NCBI GenBank assembly: GCA_035314705.1
Contig: DATFZF010000047.1
Location: 20,245-84,244 of the forward strand
Direction: 5' to 3'
DNA: 64,000 bases
Source of the DNA: Steroidobacteraceae bacterium
Lineage (GTDB): Bacteria > Pseudomonadota > Gammaproteobacteria > Steroidobacterales > Steroidobacteraceae
Shown: in pieces, positions 60,219 through 64,000 of the stretch
Layout of the letters: each line of letters opens with the position of its first letter
Numbering within the stretch: the stretch's first letter is position 1
Translations under genes and position numbers: made by a program
Notes under the pieces: generated by a model
Told to the model about the DNA's origin: nothing
Seen by the model: the letters and a program-made list of their open reading frames with translations, nothing else
Database searches by the model: none

Positions 60219-60524
60219 TCAGTGCGGCAGAGTGACGGGGGTCTCCGCGTGTTGGGTATTCGCACTGGCAAGCGCAGCGGCCGCATGATGCTTGGCTTCC
60301 AACGCCGCCAAGCGCGCTCGCTCGAACTCTTGCGCCTGCAGGTGCGTTTCTGCGCGCCCGATGGCGGCCTGGGCGGCGTAGAAGTCGGGCGATGTTGCCG
60401 TTGTCGCGCCGGCGGCTCGAGCCGCCGCGATGGCCTGCCGAGCGTCGCTCATCTCTTGCACGGGAGCATTGGCGCAGCCGATGAGGCAGACGACACAGAG
60501 AATTGCGGCAAATAAGCGCGTCAT
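60219..60524 (-). CDS. DUF4398-like lipoprotein
   Basis: MTRLFAAILCVVCLIGC lipobox at ATG 60524; helical Ala-rich body (MSDARQAIAAARAAGA...FERARLAALEAKHHA). Confidence 0.7.
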   Translation of the reverse strand: MTRLFAAILCVVCLIGCANAPVQEMSDARQAIAAARAAGATTATSPDFYAAQAAIGRAETHLQAQEFERARLAALEAKHHAAAALASANTQHAETPVTLPH

Positions 60525-60645
60525 GGCGAGCACCGACACTAGCAACAGCCGCCAGAGCCGTCAAACGAGCTGCCGTTATACAATGCGCGGCGGGCCGCAA
60601 TGAATCCGTTGCGCCGGCGCAGCACGCAAGCAAAATCCCACGTGA

Positions 60646-61595
<950 letters not shown>

Positions 61596-62234
61596 AGGGA
61601 ATGGTGAGCCGGCGCTGAGCGGCCAAGGATGCCTCGTCGAGTTGATCGAGGATCTCGAACAACGAACGCAGGTCCCGCGGCATGCGCTTCAGCAAATACT
61701 CGGATGTTTCGTAGGGCAGCTGCAAACCGCGCTGCGCCGCGCGCAGCCGCAGCGCCTCGATGCGGCCCTCATCGTCGAGCTCCCGCAGTTGGTAGACCAC
61801 GCAGGCTCCCGCCCGCGAGCGCCAGTCCTCGAGCGACCACTCGGCCTGGCGAGGCGGCGCGGCGGCGGCGAAAATCAGCCGCGTGCGCAATTCGGCTGCT
61901 GCGTTGAACAGGTGGAACAGCGCTCTTTCCCACGCCAAGTCTCCCGCCACGGCATCGGCGTCATCGACGCACAGGACGGCAGTTCGCTCGTAACCCGCAA
62001 GCGCCTCGGGCGGCAAGGCGAGCGACCGATCCAGGGGAAAATACGCGGCAGCCGCGCCCGCCGCCGCGCACACGGCTTGCAGCAGATGAGTCTTGCCCGT
62101 GCCGCGCGCACCCCAGAGCCACAGCGGCGCGGTACCCGGTGCTTGCAGCGCCGCAATGATTTCAGTATTCGTCCCGGGCCAATAACTCTCGAATACCGCG
62201 TCCGCGCGCAACCGCACTCCCAGGGCGAGCTGCT

Positions 62235-62825
62235 TCACGGACGTCGATCATCGGCGCGTGCGGCCGCGCGCGGTTTGGTCAAACTGAGGGCCCGCCGCCC
62301 GTAAATCAGCACGTAATCGATGCCGCTGATCACCACCGTGACGAACATCAGCGCGCCAAGCACCGTCACGATCCACCCCGGAAGCGCCGAGAATTCTTCT
62401 CTGCCGACGACCGCCAATATGAAGGCGGCCTGACACAGGGTGTTGAATTTGCTCAGCATCGACGGCCGCACCTCCAGCGGACCCAGGCAATAGCGGTACA
62501 GCAGCGCGCCGAGCGCGATGATCACATCCCGCGCCACCGCCGCCGCCATCAACCACAGCGGCACGAGCCGCAGGTAGGCAAGCGTGACGAATACGGTTGC
62601 AAACAATATCTTGTCCGCGGCCGGATCGAGCACGGCGCCCAATTCGCTTTGCCAGCCGTTGCGTTTGGCGAGAAAGCCGTCCGCGGCATCCGTCAGCGCA
62701 GCGACCCCGAACAACGCAATGCTGGTCGCCGACCGATGATGCACCAGCGCCACCGCAATGGGCGCGGCGAGCAGAATTCTCATCAAGGTGATGACATTCG
62801 GGATTTGGCGCAAAGACCAGGGCAC
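62235..62825 (-). CDS. CDP-alcohol phosphatidyltransferase family protein (PgsA-like)
   Basis: NVITLMRILLAPIAV-type N-terminus; DAADGFLAKRNGWQSELGAVLDPAADK motif. Confidence 0.85.
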   Translation of the reverse strand: MPWSLRQIPNVITLMRILLAAPIAVALVHHRSATSIALFGVAALTDAADGFLAKRNGWQSELGAVLDPAADKILFATVFVTLAYLRLVPLWLMAAAVARDVIIALGALLYRYCLGPLEVRPSMLSKFNTLCQAAFILAVVGREEFSALPGWIVTVLGALMFVTVVISGIDYVLIYGRRALSLTKPRAAARADDRRP

Positions 62826-62827
62826 GA

Positions 62828-63856
62828 TTAACGGCGAAGTTGAAAGCGCTGAATCCCAGGGTCGCCGCCGACGATCGGCTGCAATCGGCCGTTCAAAGTC
62901 AGCGTGCGCTGCAGCGATTCGGTCCCGCCGCGCGTCGCCAGGCGAAATCTAATCGTATCGCCCGTCAAGGCCACCACGCTCACGCCCGAAATGAACGTCA
63001 GCGATTCGAGATACGAGCGGATGGTTGCATATTCACGGACATCGCCGATCCCGGTCACCTCGATATCGACGGGTACGAGAGTGCCGCTGGCGGCAAACAG
63101 CTCCGCATACGTATCCGCCGCCCGATTCACGCCCTCCAGCGTGCCGGAATATTCACTGCTCCTGTCCTGAAACAGATGTGTCCAGCGCACATTGGCGCCC
63201 GCCGTGGCATTGCTGGCGCGGCCGATGAGAACCCCCTCTCCACCCAAGCGCCGGCCCAGATCGGCGAGCGCCGACGGTCCCATGCCGGCGACTGCGCCGT
63301 AATCCAAATGATTTCTTTGTATATCGGCCGCACTTGGCCAGAGCAGCGGCAGGCCGCGCGCCGCCGCCGCCGCGTCGATCGTCGATTTCAATTCGGACGC
63401 GTCATCGGCGGTAATGACGATGCCGGATTGGGACCCCGTCTGGGCCGTCAGCCATACGAAGGTCGCAGGCCGTTCGTGCCCCCAAAGGGGCTGGCCATTT
63501 TGCGTCAGCCAACGTTCGATGGCAGGGCCGTCGAAGGCCAGCCACAGTCGACCGCCCGCGGCTCGGCGACACTGTTGCACGTAGCGGTGCGCATTGCCGA
63601 TCAGCGGCCCCAGCGCCGGGTCTTCGTCGGCTGACGTTCGTCCCGTGACGCGCACCAGAACGATTTTCATGGCGGCCTGGAAAGCCGACGGCGGCGCCGC
63701 CTCGCAGCTCTCGGCAACCGGTACCGAGGCCTGATACAGTTCCGCGCGGGTCAGCGAGTGGCTGACATTCCCCAGGAACAGCGCGGCTGCGCTCAAGCAC
63801 ATAATCAGTGCCGGACGCAAATATCGGGCCGACAAAACGCTGTTTTTCTGTGGCAT
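62828..63856 (-). CDS. DUF2066 domain protein
   Basis: Signal/TM N-terminus, ELYQASVPV start of the domain; position between hda and divergent purM is as in Pseudomonas and Xanthomonas. Confidence 0.7.
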   Translation of the reverse strand: MPQKNSVLSARYLRPALIMCLSAAALFLGNVSHSLTRAELYQASVPVAESCEAAPPSAFQAAMKIVLVRVTGRTSADEDPALGPLIGNAHRYVQQCRRAAGGRLWLAFDGPAIERWLTQNGQPLWGHERPATFVWLTAQTGSQSGIVITADDASELKSTIDAAAAARGLPLLWPSAADIQRNHLDYGAVAGMGPSALADLGRRLGGEGVLIGRASNATAGANVRWTHLFQDRSSEYSGTLEGVNRAADTYAELFAASGTLVPVDIEVTGIGDVREYATIRSYLESLTFISGVSVVALTGDTIRFRLATRGGTESLQRTLTLNGRLQPIVGGDPGIQRFQLRR

Positions 63857-63971
63857 GGTGTTATCGCGGAAGCCTTGATTCTCCTGATGTAAAATACCAC
63901 AGCTGGCCCGCTAGCCGCCTCGGCGCAGCCGGGCGAGCCGACGGGGCGACCATTAACCATAAGGGATTCGA

Positions 63972-64000
63972 ATGACCGAGCGTGCCCCCGTAACCTATCG
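63972..64000 (+). CDS. purM: probable 5-prime end of phosphoribosylformylglycinamidine cyclo-ligase gene
   Basis: Only 9 codons are visible (MTERAPVTY). The call rests on synteny (DUF2066-hda divergent from purM). Confidence 0.3.

Noticed and set aside
62235-62825. Calling this gene pgsA
   Set aside because: The CDP-alcohol phosphatidyltransferase motif is clear. However, the context (hda/DUF2066) differs from canonical pgsA, and paralogs are common, so the gene symbol is left empty.

Overview
High-GC proteobacterial chromosome segment (roughly two thirds G+C by eye, not computed). The gene order is typical of Gammaproteobacteria: tsaE-amiB-mutL-miaA-hfq-hflX-hflK-hflC-yjeT-purA, pcnB-folK-panC, lptFG divergent from pepA-holC-valS, and hda-DUF2066 divergent from purM. 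A Xanthomonadales/Nevskiales-like lineage is possible, but that is inference only. I call about 70 protein genes and one tRNA. Packing is very tight, with many 1-, 4- and 8-nt start/stop overlaps. Most of the window is core housekeeping. The accessory-looking part runs from a tRNA-Glu(CUC) at 20.8 kb to about 42 kb and has three pieces. (i) About 5 kb of somewhat lower-GC genes for secreted or unknown proteins, including a DUF72 gene coupled to a domain-only FtsH-like (M41, HEAGH) peptidase. (ii) A 9.5 kb nine-gene minus-strand operon with CDP-glucose synthesis and 4,6-dehydration, a TylCIII-type C-methyltransferase, an RfbC-like epimerase, an SDR reductase, two glycosyltransferases, an AsnB-like amidotransferase and one unknown protein, but no flippase, polymerase or ABC exporter. 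(iii) An orphan Pro/Ala-linker protein followed by a five-gene GldA/GldF/GldG-like ABC-2 + DUF4340 + RDD operon. A MoxR-DUF58-transglutaminase (TgpA-like) module is physically coupled to valS. I found no CRISPR array, IS element, integrase, prophage, rRNA, or recognisable defence or toxin-antitoxin system. I did not find a clear-cut unprecedented system; the best candidates are ranked in the findings. All family assignments come from motif and synteny recognition by eye on the supplied translations, not from database searches. Many long ORFs in the track are antisense shadow frames typical of high-GC DNA.
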